DNA of 64,000 nt from a virus. Below are positions 48,234 through 56,636 of this stretch, piece by piece. The position numbers and the translations under genes were made by a program. Below the pieces are notes generated by a model. That model saw nothing but the letters and a program-made list of their open reading frames with translations. It was not told where the DNA came from and did no database searches. Numbering within the stretch: the first letter of the stretch is position 1; every line of letters begins with the position of its first letter. The stretch lies in IMG/VR virus record IMGVR_UViG_3300011269_000001, one strand, 5' to 3'.

Positions 48234-49741
48234 GCATTCTTGACGTTGTTGACCCGGTACGGATGTACATCCGCGGATACGAAGACCGTCTGGGAGAACT
48301 TCAGACCGGTCTCACGTACGTAGACAAGAAAGTCGACTACCTGATTCAGAGGCACAGGCACGCTCACTGGTTCCGGCGAAAGTATGGAGAAGAAGCCTAC
48401 CAGGAAAAGATGAAAACCCTCAAGGCTGAGCGGAAGAAGTGTTTGCTCTTCATCGACGAAGAAGGAATGTGGACTTACTCCGGTCTCAAGTCCTTTGTCG
48501 AGTCCATTGTCCGATCCGACGAAATCCGTTCCCAAATCGAATATCCAGAGCCAAAACTCATGGCCTGGGACGCCAAGCCCGTGAATGAGAGGTATCCGTA
48601 TCAGTTCACGGCCACCGAGAAAATGCTCCACCACCGTCACTGTGCCGTGGAACTCGCGACCGGCCTCGGGAAGACTTTTATTATTCTTCATCTGGTGAAG
48701 GAACTCGGTTTGAAGACTTTGGTCATGGCCCCGAGTCTCAGTATCGCTGAGCAGATTCGGGACCTGTTCATTGAACACTTCGGCCGGCGTCGGGTTGGAC
48801 AGTTTTTTGACGGCCGGAAAGAAGTCCACAAGCTCATAACCGTGGGCATTCCGCAGTCCCTGATTAGAATCGAAGAAGATTCCCCGGAGCAGCAGGCCTT
48901 AAGCCAGGTCCAGGTCTTTATTGCCGATGAATCCCATCTCTGCCCAGCACAGACCCTGGCAAACGTCTGCTTTGGGCTTATGAAGGCCGCTCCCTACCGA
49001 TTCTTCTTCTCGGGTACCCAGATGCGAAACGACGGCCTGGATACGCTCCTTGGCGCTATAACCGGGCCAGTCGTTCTTCGCATGACTGTCCGTGAAGGAG
49101 TTGACCACAATCCTCCGTACCTTGCCAAGCCCGTGTTCAGGATGGTCAAGACTTTTTCTCAGTCTCCGTTCCGGGGTCAGGACGTGAATGACATGACCCG
49201 GACGCATCTGTACTACAACCCTGTGGTTGTCAGCCAAGCGGCTTTGATTGCCAACAATTCCGTGGCGGCCTACGGTCACCCGGTATTGATTCTCGTGGAT
49301 GAGATTGAGCAGTTCGTCCAACTTCTGCCTCAGCTCCGGCATCGGGTCGGATTTGCTCATGGGCCTTTGGACGCTGAGAACAAAGGCAAGGTCCCTGACG
49401 CCTATCATGTCAGTGAGCCGAACTTTCTGGTTCGAGAATTTAATAATCTGCGTTTGCCTATCCTCGTCGGTACCAGCTGCATCAGTACGGGTACTGACGT
49501 ACAGGCAGTGAAGACGATGATAAACCTCCGCGGCGGAAAATCAGAAATCGAGGTCCGCCAATCTGTAGGTAGATGTACGAGACTTCATAAGCCCGGAGAG
49601 AAAATAGCCTGCAATATCTTTGACTTCGACGTCGCGAACGTTGAACCGGTGAGCCGGCATGCGAAGTTCCGGAAGAAGGTGTATGAGGAGATTTATGGTC
49701 CCGTGGAGGACGTAGACTGGCGAATGAGTCTGGGAAAATGA
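48230..49741 (+). CDS. SF2 DExH helicase (UvsW-like)
   Basis: YPYQ, ATGLGKT, IADESH, FSGT, STGTDV and QSVGRCTR. Confidence 0.92.
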   Translation: MSILDVVDPVRMYIRGYEDRLGELQTGLTYVDKKVDYLIQRHRHAHWFRRKYGEEAYQEKMKTLKAERKKCLLFIDEEGMWTYSGLKSFVESIVRSDEIRSQIEYPEPKLMAWDAKPVNERYPYQFTATEKMLHHRHCAVELATGLGKTFIILHLVKELGLKTLVMAPSLSIAEQIRDLFIEHFGRRRVGQFFDGRKEVHKLITVGIPQSLIRIEEDSPEQQALSQVQVFIADESHLCPAQTLANVCFGLMKAAPYRFFFSGTQMRNDGLDTLLGAITGPVVLRMTVREGVDHNPPYLAKPVFRMVKTFSQSPFRGQDVNDMTRTHLYYNPVVVSQAALIANNSVAAYGHPVLILVDEIEQFVQLLPQLRHRVGFAHGPLDAENKGKVPDAYHVSEPNFLVREFNNLRLPILVGTSCISTGTDVQAVKTMINLRGGKSEIEVRQSVGRCTRLHKPGEKIACNIFDFDVANVEPVSRHAKFRKKVYEEIYGPVEDVDWRMSLGK

Positions 49742-49744
49742 GAT

Positions 49745-50260
49745 GTGAAAAACGCACTTTGTCATCCCGAACGACGACATTATGCCAAAGGCTTGTGTGA
49801 GTCGTGTTGGCGCCGGGAGCGGTACAATCGAAAGCTAAAGGGTTACTACCAGCAAAGATACATCGAAAATTCAGAACAATTTCGGGAGTATTCGCGGGGT
49901 TGGAGAAAAAGGAATCCGGGGGCGGCGAGAGCGAAGGGTACCTTACAGCATCGTTTTGGCAATCTACTCCAAGTATCTAAAAAACGTCGGCTGGAATGTA
50001 CGCTTGCTTTTGAAGATTTTCTAAAGCTCGCAGCCCAAAAATGTACTTATTGTAATGGTTTTTTCGGCGGCAGCAAAACCGGATACGGCCTTGACCGAGT
50101 TGACAACAGCGTTGGTTATACTAGGGAAAATGTGGTTAGTTGTTGTCCCACATGCAATAAAATAAAAAGCGACCATCTTACATTTGAAGAAACCTGTGCC
50201 GCTGTACGTGCTATAATCACAGTACGTCAGGGGAATCAGGTTTCTAATGAGTGTCGATGA
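49745..50260 (+). CDS. HNH homing endonuclease
   Basis: AKGLCESC DNA-binding motif and CTYC...GLDRVDNSVGYTRENVVSCCPTCNKIK. More AT-rich than flanks. Confidence 0.88.
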   Translation: MKNALCHPERRHYAKGLCESCWRRERYNRKLKGYYQQRYIENSEQFREYSRGWRKRNPGAARAKGTLQHRFGNLLQVSKKRRLECTLAFEDFLKLAAQKCTYCNGFFGGSKTGYGLDRVDNSVGYTRENVVSCCPTCNKIKSDHLTFEETCAAVRAIITVRQGNQVSNECR

Positions 50261-51302
50261 ATCAGCAGAGCATTTTCAGGTATTTGCCTCCAATCTGGAG
50301 AAGTGCATTGAGAAGTACGGCCCCGGCGAAGACGAATCCCTCCTGGAGCGCCAACGCCGACAGATAAAGCTCCTCATCAGCCTTGAGACCAAGTTCCGGA
50401 AGGTTCTCCTGGAGCATCGTTGGGGTCCGGGAATCTACCGCCGGTTCGTTCACTTCATTTGCGAGGAACGCCGAAACATTCTCGCCGCCAGGCCCTACTT
50501 CCGGGAACGACAGACGGTTTTCACGAAGTACATCAGCAACGCCCTGAAAAAGAAACGCGACCGGTCTCTGTATCGATTCCGGTTCAATTACATGTTCGTG
50601 CTCTTTGCCCTCCGTTGCTACCGATGGCGGGCCGGTAGCGAAGTCGTCGCCTTGGCGAAGCAAATTGAATCCATCCGTCGGGAACTGATGGAAATGAACA
50701 TGCCCTTGGCTATCAGCCAGACGCGAATTTTCTGGTCCAGCACCCCAAGGTCTCACCTCTCGTATATGGACCTGATTCAGATTCATTGTGCCGGCCTCCT
50801 GGCAGCCATCGACAAGTTCGTGCCCGGGAGCACCCGCGGGATGACTAAGACACAGGCCCTGGAGGAATATCGCAAGTTCCGAGCCGTGGCAATCGGAAGA
50901 ATGATTGGAGACCGTATAGAGCAGTACTCTGAGACTCTGATTCACTTCTACCCTGTCGACAAACGGAAAATATATCGTGCCAATAAACGGCTTCGGCAAT
51001 TTCCGGACCAGATTGACCACGAGGCCCTGTCGCAACTTGTCAACGCTGAAGTCGACAATCCCGCTCACCGAACCAACGCCGCGGAAATTGCTGACTTACT
51101 GGCTTCTGCCTCGGTTCTGAGCCTTGATGCTGAAACTGAATCCGAGCCAGATGGTATAATCAGCAGGTACGTGGACCCGGCAACAGAGGGTGGGGAAAAA
51201 ATAGAAAAAGCAGACGCGATGATTGCCATGCAGGCTGCCATCCAGGACCTTCCTATGATGGAAAAGAAATTGTTGCGGATGCGAGGAGTTTCGTATGAAT
51301 GA
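50247..51302 (+). CDS. Phage sigma70-family factor lacking region 4.2
   Basis: Region 2: RRELMEMNMPLAIS...YMDLIQ...GLLAAIDKF...FRAVAIGRM. Region 3: EIADLL...LSLD. Ends at AIQDLPMMEKKLLRMRGVSYE. Confidence 0.8.
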   Translation: MSVDESAEHFQVFASNLEKCIEKYGPGEDESLLERQRRQIKLLISLETKFRKVLLEHRWGPGIYRRFVHFICEERRNILAARPYFRERQTVFTKYISNALKKKRDRSLYRFRFNYMFVLFALRCYRWRAGSEVVALAKQIESIRRELMEMNMPLAISQTRIFWSSTPRSHLSYMDLIQIHCAGLLAAIDKFVPGSTRGMTKTQALEEYRKFRAVAIGRMIGDRIEQYSETLIHFYPVDKRKIYRANKRLRQFPDQIDHEALSQLVNAEVDNPAHRTNAAEIADLLASASVLSLDAETESEPDGIISRYVDPATEGGEKIEKADAMIAMQAAIQDLPMMEKKLLRMRGVSYE

Positions 51303-51642
51303 GCCTTTGCTGAACGCGAATGCGAAAGTAACCGGCTACATGCAGGTCCTGCCATTTGGGGCCTGGACTGTGGGTAAAGTTCTTGCCCTGGAGCCATTTC
51401 CGACGATGTCTATTGAGAAAGACACTCGCAGTGGTTTTACGACCATTCGCCAGAAGGCTACTCTGACGGGTCTCAGGGTTGTCTTTCCCTCGGAAGATAA
51501 TCGATTTCTTGCCGGCGATACGGTTTTCGTGATGGCAGACAACTACGCCCAGCCATTCGCCAAGAACGTCTATGAGCAGGAAGGAAAGAAGTTCATTCTC
51601 TGTCCCGAGGCTCTCATCCAATTGGTGCGCCGTGGAACCTAA
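51295..51642 (+). CDS. GroES/Cpn10-like co-chaperonin
   Basis: VLALEP...EKDTRSGF (mobile loop)...RVV...AGDTVFV...EGKKFILCPEALI mirrors Cpn10 topology. Confidence 0.6.
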   Translation: MNEPLLNANAKVTGYMQVLPFGAWTVGKVLALEPFPTMSIEKDTRSGFTTIRQKATLTGLRVVFPSEDNRFLAGDTVFVMADNYAQPFAKNVYEQEGKKFILCPEALIQLVRRGT

Positions 51643-52684
51643 GTTCATGGTGACATATCTTGACGTCGGCGACCCGCACGTCAAGGTCACGGAATTGGAA
51701 GAATGCGGGCGCCTGGCGGATGAAGTTCTTGCCCTGGCTCGGGCAAAGAAGGTTGACAAGATTCTAGTGACCGGCGATTGTTTTCATAGTTTTGCGCTCC
51801 TGCGTCAGGAAGTCATTCGCTATTGGAAGGATACTTTCAAGAAGTGGACTCAGCCAAAAGCTATCGAAGGTACTCTCGGGATTGTCTGCCCGCCGGAGTT
51901 TGAAGTCATCATCACGCCCGGGAACCATGATATGACCGGCGACGGCACGACCGCGGACAAATTGAATGCCTTGATGATGTTTGAAGGTACCCCTGGGGTC
52001 ACCATCGTCAGCAGACCCATGGTCATAGACAAGATGCTCATGCTTCCCTACTATCCTGACCCTCGGGAATTCGTGAAAGTCTGCAATCAGTACAAGGATT
52101 GCCTGACCGTGTACTGCCACCAGGAATTTAACGGCTCTGAATATGAGAACGGCCTGTTCTCGAAGAATGGTGTCAACCCTGAGGACATCCCCCAGAGTCA
52201 AGTCATCAGCGGCCACATTCACAAAGCCCAAAATTTTGGAAAGATTTTCTACGTGGGTTCTCCGCGGTGGCTGACGGCCAGCGATGCCAATCAAAATAAG
52301 GCCTTGTGGGTCATAACTCATGGTCCAAATGGGACCGTTGCCAGCGCCACCGCTCACTCTACGGAGGGGTACTGCCGGAAGATAGTCGAAGTTGATGACA
52401 CTCCCGAAAGTCCCTTCAATGAAGCCTCTCTCAACCCAAATCATGAATACGTCATCAACGTTCGGGGACCATCAGCTTGGTTGGAATCTCGCAAACCCCT
52501 GTGGACCGGTCGTGCTCGTCCTCGAATGGTCAATACCGACGTGCAAGTTGCCCGGGTGAAAGAGAGCGAAGGCATTTCGGTAGCCTTTCAAAAGTTCGCG
52601 GCCGCTTACCAGCCAAAGTTCGGGACGGAGCTGGCAATCTTGAAAGCAATGGCAGAAGAAAGGCTGTTTGGCCATGTCGCTTAA
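51632..52684 (+). CDS. SbcD/Mre11/gp47-like nuclease
   Basis: GDPH, TGDCF, GNHD, CHQE, SGHIH and YVGSP. Confidence 0.9.
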   Translation: MEPKFMVTYLDVGDPHVKVTELEECGRLADEVLALARAKKVDKILVTGDCFHSFALLRQEVIRYWKDTFKKWTQPKAIEGTLGIVCPPEFEVIITPGNHDMTGDGTTADKLNALMMFEGTPGVTIVSRPMVIDKMLMLPYYPDPREFVKVCNQYKDCLTVYCHQEFNGSEYENGLFSKNGVNPEDIPQSQVISGHIHKAQNFGKIFYVGSPRWLTASDANQNKALWVITHGPNGTVASATAHSTEGYCRKIVEVDDTPESPFNEASLNPNHEYVINVRGPSAWLESRKPLWTGRARPRMVNTDVQVARVKESEGISVAFQKFAAAYQPKFGTELAILKAMAEERLFGHVA

Positions 52685-53084
52685 TCCACTTAATATTGAC
52701 ATGGAGCGCGCTCTTTCGTCGCTAGTCGACAAGAATGCTCTCCAGCAAGTACAGAGCCTGCGAAAAATGACGGAGTGGACTGGGCAAGTATTTGAATTCC
52801 AGCTCGCTAACCTGAAGCTATGGCCTCTAGTTTTGTTCAAGCACATAGCCACGAACGAGGTTCGGGTTGACACTGACAGCAAGGAAATCACGTTCATTCT
52901 TCAGCCCAAGCCTAAGGCAAGGAAGCCTTCAGACCTGAAGAACAACTTGGCGATTCTGGATTACTCAGTTCGAAAACTTCTCGGTCGTGATTGGCTCATC
53001 AAGGTGAGAATCGGCAATGTGCAAGTCCACCGAGGAGAAAAGTATGACAGAGCAATCTCTGACAGTTCAATCGCAGCCAATTGA
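52668..53084 (+). CDS. Hypothetical protein
   Basis: 138 aa in the operon. Confidence 0.55.
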   Translation: MAMSLNPLNIDMERALSSLVDKNALQQVQSLRKMTEWTGQVFEFQLANLKLWPLVLFKHIATNEVRVDTDSKEITFILQPKPKARKPSDLKNNLAILDYSVRKLLGRDWLIKVRIGNVQVHRGEKYDRAISDSSIAAN

Positions 53085-53655
53085 GCAGCTTCTAAACATA
53101 CGAGAGCAGGAAGCCCACGAGAAGTACCTCCGTGGCGGCGGTGCTCCGTTGGCGCCCTCGACGGCTGGGAAGTTCTTTGAACTATTTCTTCAGGGCCATA
53201 GCTGTGAGGAGATTGCCAAGCTCAACCCAGGCTTTGGTCTCGGCATCGTCGTCAAGGCTCGTCTTGACCACCACTGGGATGACCTCCGTAACGAACACAT
53301 GCTGGAGTTGATGAAGGGCATCCGCAGTCGTGTGCAACAATCACACCTTGAGGCTGTGGTCTTTGCCGCCGACGCCATGGCTGTTTACCACAAGCTTATG
53401 GGTGACAAGTTCAAGAAGTTCTTGCAGACCGGCGACCCGGCTGAGTTGGGAGAGTTCAAAAACGCTAGCTTCAGGACGTACAAGGATTTTGTCGACATGC
53501 TGCTCAAGCTCACGGGACAAGATGGGGCCAAGAAAGCTCCACCGATTGACCCTTACCACAATCCCCAGGCGGTCGAGCAACCAGGCCCCCCAAAGGCCAT
53601 GACGGCAGATGAAGCCCGGATGACCATCAGGGGCTACGTGAAGAGAGTCAAGTGA
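53044..53655 (+). CDS. Putative terminase small subunit
   Basis: HTH 'ELFLQGHSCEEIAK...ARLDHHWD' followed by helices. Immediately precedes TerL. Confidence 0.55.
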   Translation: MTEQSLTVQSQPIEQLLNIREQEAHEKYLRGGGAPLAPSTAGKFFELFLQGHSCEEIAKLNPGFGLGIVVKARLDHHWDDLRNEHMLELMKGIRSRVQQSHLEAVVFAADAMAVYHKLMGDKFKKFLQTGDPAELGEFKNASFRTYKDFVDMLLKLTGQDGAKKAPPIDPYHNPQAVEQPGPPKAMTADEARMTIRGYVKRVK

Positions 53656-55595
53656 GCGACCTGACAGAATCAGATAAGGCCCGGCTAGCCAATGCTGTAT
53701 TCTTTTCCTGTGAGACGAAGGAAGACCTTCAGGATTGGATACGGTGTTACATAGGTCTTGACCTTCCGGATTGTATCGTTGACCCTGAATCAACTTCTTC
53801 CCCGATGGACTTTGTCTGGGAAGTTTACAACGAGAGCCGCAAGAATAAGCCAGCTTTCAGTCGAATTCTGGCCTACAGCTGCCGAGACGGTTTCAAAACA
53901 TTAGGCGCATCGATTCTTGAAGCGTTAATGATTTTGCACATGGGCCGCAGTGGCGCTCACATGGCAGCTACTGAAATTCAGTCTAAGAAAGCTCAGAGCT
54001 ACGTCAAGGACTTTTTCAACAAATCTTTCCTAACCCCTTTCGTTACGGTCCGCAACGACCGCCGGTTGGAATATCTTCGTTTTTTCAATCCAGAGCTTGG
54101 CGAGAACCTGACGCAGGCTCAATGGGAAGGTCTTCCCGAAGCTGTTCGGGAAACGTACGAAAGAATCTACAACTACATTCAAATTGTCATCTGTAATACC
54201 GCCGGTTCCCGAAGCGAGCACGTCCCTTACATGTCCGTGGACGAAATTGACGTCATCCCGACTGAAAACAAGAAAGCCTATGAAGACGCGAAGTACATCC
54301 CTGCTCCTTGGAAAGGAAAGCAACCTATTACCGTTCTGACTTCCACTCGGGAATTCTCGTGGGCTATTGTTCAAAGGGAAATCGACAATGCTGCGAACAC
54401 TGGTCTTGAGGTTCGGCATTGGAACATTATCGACGTCACAGAATCTTGCCCGCCGGGAAGACATCTTCCAGCCGAGCCCAAGATTCCCATCTACTACAGC
54501 CGGGAGAACCTCCGAGCCATCAGCGAAGTTGAGTACGAGAACCTAAACGATGAGCACAAGACCCTTTATGCCCGGGATGAAGGATACGCCGGCTGTCTGA
54601 AGAATTGCAAGCTCTTTGCTGTTTGTCGTGGGCGGCTCGCCACCATGCAAAAGTCCAAGTCCCCACTCTTGAAGGGCATTGACTACGTTCAGGACAAGTT
54701 CAAGGAAGTTTCTGTTTCTGGCGCCAAAGCCCAACTCCTTTGCTGGAAGCCCTCGGACACGGGTTTGATTTATCCGAACCTCAATCGTGAAATCCATGCC
54801 CTTACTGCTGCTCAGATGTGGCAGAAAATAACCGCCGAAGAGTGCGACCCAAATCTGACGAAGCTACAACTCATTCAACTTATGCTCGAACGGGGAATGA
54901 GATTCTTTGCCGGCATCGACTATGGTTTCAGTCACAACTATGCTGTTGTTACCGGTGCCGTCGACGGAGCAAATGCTTACGTTCTCGACGTTATAGCCAT
55001 AGCTGGTCTGGAACTGGACCAGAAGATAGAACATACCCAGAGAATCAGACCCTGGAATCCGACCTGCTTTGGCGACCCCGAAGCTCCAGCGGATACGAAG
55101 ACCTTCAAACGCAAGGGCTTCAAAATGAAGGAGTGGGTCAAATATCCAGGAAGCGTGAAGGCTGGCATTGAAGTTGTGCGGATGAAGCTCATGCCGGCCA
55201 TGGGCAATCCGACCCTTTTCTTCCTGAAGGGCGATGCTGGTGTCGAGTTCTTGTTGAAGATGATGAGCAAGTATCACTTCAAGCTCAATGCCGACGGGAC
55301 TGTCAGCGAAATACCAGCCGAGGAAAACGATGACGAATGTGACGCCATTCGGTACTACATCATGAACGTTTTCGCGCCGAAGGGAAAAATAAAATCCAGT
55401 ATTGAATCCGAAGGCATGGTGCAGACATACGTGGACTCTGAATATCCGGAGGTTCTGGCGGCAAAGCGGGAACAGTATACCGAAGAGAACTGGATGTCCA
55501 AAATCATTGCCGAAAACACCGGCGAGGAAATTCCTGAATCTGAACAACCGACGACTAAGGGGAAGAAGGGAAGTTTCGTCTGGGATATCAGTTAG
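53652..55595 (+). CDS. Terminase large subunit
   Basis: Walker A variant CRDGFKT, Walker B VDEID, LTST, nuclease GIDYG and DDECDAIRY. Confidence 0.88.
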   Translation: MSDLTESDKARLANAVFFSCETKEDLQDWIRCYIGLDLPDCIVDPESTSSPMDFVWEVYNESRKNKPAFSRILAYSCRDGFKTLGASILEALMILHMGRSGAHMAATEIQSKKAQSYVKDFFNKSFLTPFVTVRNDRRLEYLRFFNPELGENLTQAQWEGLPEAVRETYERIYNYIQIVICNTAGSRSEHVPYMSVDEIDVIPTENKKAYEDAKYIPAPWKGKQPITVLTSTREFSWAIVQREIDNAANTGLEVRHWNIIDVTESCPPGRHLPAEPKIPIYYSRENLRAISEVEYENLNDEHKTLYARDEGYAGCLKNCKLFAVCRGRLATMQKSKSPLLKGIDYVQDKFKEVSVSGAKAQLLCWKPSDTGLIYPNLNREIHALTAAQMWQKITAEECDPNLTKLQLIQLMLERGMRFFAGIDYGFSHNYAVVTGAVDGANAYVLDVIAIAGLELDQKIEHTQRIRPWNPTCFGDPEAPADTKTFKRKGFKMKEWVKYPGSVKAGIEVVRMKLMPAMGNPTLFFLKGDAGVEFLLKMMSKYHFKLNADGTVSEIPAEENDDECDAIRYYIMNVFAPKGKIKSSIESEGMVQTYVDSEYPEVLAAKREQYTEENWMSKIIAENTGEEIPESEQPTTKGKKGSFVWDIS

Positions 55596-55603
55596 CCCGG
55601 CGA

Positions 55604-55610
55604 CAATCTT
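55604..55610 (+). promoter_or_regulatory. CAATCTT putative late-promoter box
   Basis: Intergenic, 33 nt before the ATG at 55644. Confidence 0.6.
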
Positions 55611-55643
55611 CTCCGTAGGCGCGAGGAAGCCCGAGACCAAACT

Positions 55644-56633
55644 ATGCCCAATGCCTTCATGAACTTAATTGCCAAGGTCCTGGCGTTCAGTGACGCGATT
55701 TCCAACAGCAATCCGTTGCTCAAAAACGTCGATTGGGACAGAGAGCAACTTGGGATTCCGGTCACGGACCCACGTGCGACTCCGTACACCATCGACCCTC
55801 AGGCTACGTTTCTGGTCTTCAATGGCCAGCGGACTACGGCCATCGACGGTACCACAGCTTTCACGGTTACTCTTTCGTCCCTGGACCCGAGTACTTATCG
55901 TTTCACTGCCGTCAGCGGCACTCCCCCAGGCCTTCGAACCAACAGAAACCTAGCCCTCAATGGTAGCGCCGTTACCATTGCCGTCAACGCCAACCAAACC
56001 GTCAACATCAGCGTTGTTTCGGCAGCAGACTTTACCGGAACCATTGTCGGTGACATTGTCTTCATCCCCGGACCTATCACCGGCGACGCGGCAACTCCTT
56101 TCAGTGCCCTGAATCAGGGCTTCTGGCAGGTCCTGTCCGTTGTCACCAGTAAGAACCTTGTCTTGACGAGGCCCCCTGGCCAGTCTTTTAGTGGGACCTC
56201 CGAAACCCAGACCCTGACGGCGTCTTCTCAGGTCCAAGCTTTCTCGGCTGCTGGAGTCCAGGTTGGTGACATCGTGGATATCACCGCTGGATTCTCGATC
56301 GGGACCCGAACCACGTTTGTGGTCAAGACCGTGACAGCTACGTTCTTTGAAATTGTGGCTTCGACCCCAATTGCTTTGGATACCAGCGTTCTTCCCGGTG
56401 CCACGGGTCTGATTTTCTACACTCTTGGCCGGACGTTCTTGTACATCGAAGTTGACCAGGAAGCTGCCGTCCAGGTGAACAACGATGTGGGTCAAACGCA
56501 GCGGGTAGCACCAATCATTCCCGCAGACCCGTTGAATGTCGGCATCTACATGAAGAAAGGCCCGGCGTACGCCCTTTCGATTGTGAATCGAACTGTTTTC
56601 CCGCTACACGCCCTCGTCATCTCGGCTCTGTAA
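55644..56633 (+). CDS. Virion structural protein
   Basis: 329-aa T/V-rich beta protein between TerL and portal. Confidence 0.6.
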   Translation: MPNAFMNLIAKVLAFSDAISNSNPLLKNVDWDREQLGIPVTDPRATPYTIDPQATFLVFNGQRTTAIDGTTAFTVTLSSLDPSTYRFTAVSGTPPGLRTNRNLALNGSAVTIAVNANQTVNISVVSAADFTGTIVGDIVFIPGPITGDAATPFSALNQGFWQVLSVVTSKNLVLTRPPGQSFSGTSETQTLTASSQVQAFSAAGVQVGDIVDITAGFSIGTRTTFVVKTVTATFFEIVASTPIALDTSVLPGATGLIFYTLGRTFLYIEVDQEAAVQVNNDVGQTQRVAPIIPADPLNVGIYMKKGPAYALSIVNRTVFPLHALVISAL

Positions 56634-56636
56634 ATC

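Noticed and set aside
39563-55595. Inteins or introns in RNR, helicase or terminase
   Set aside because: The proteins have normal lengths with contiguous motifs and no splice-junction signatures.
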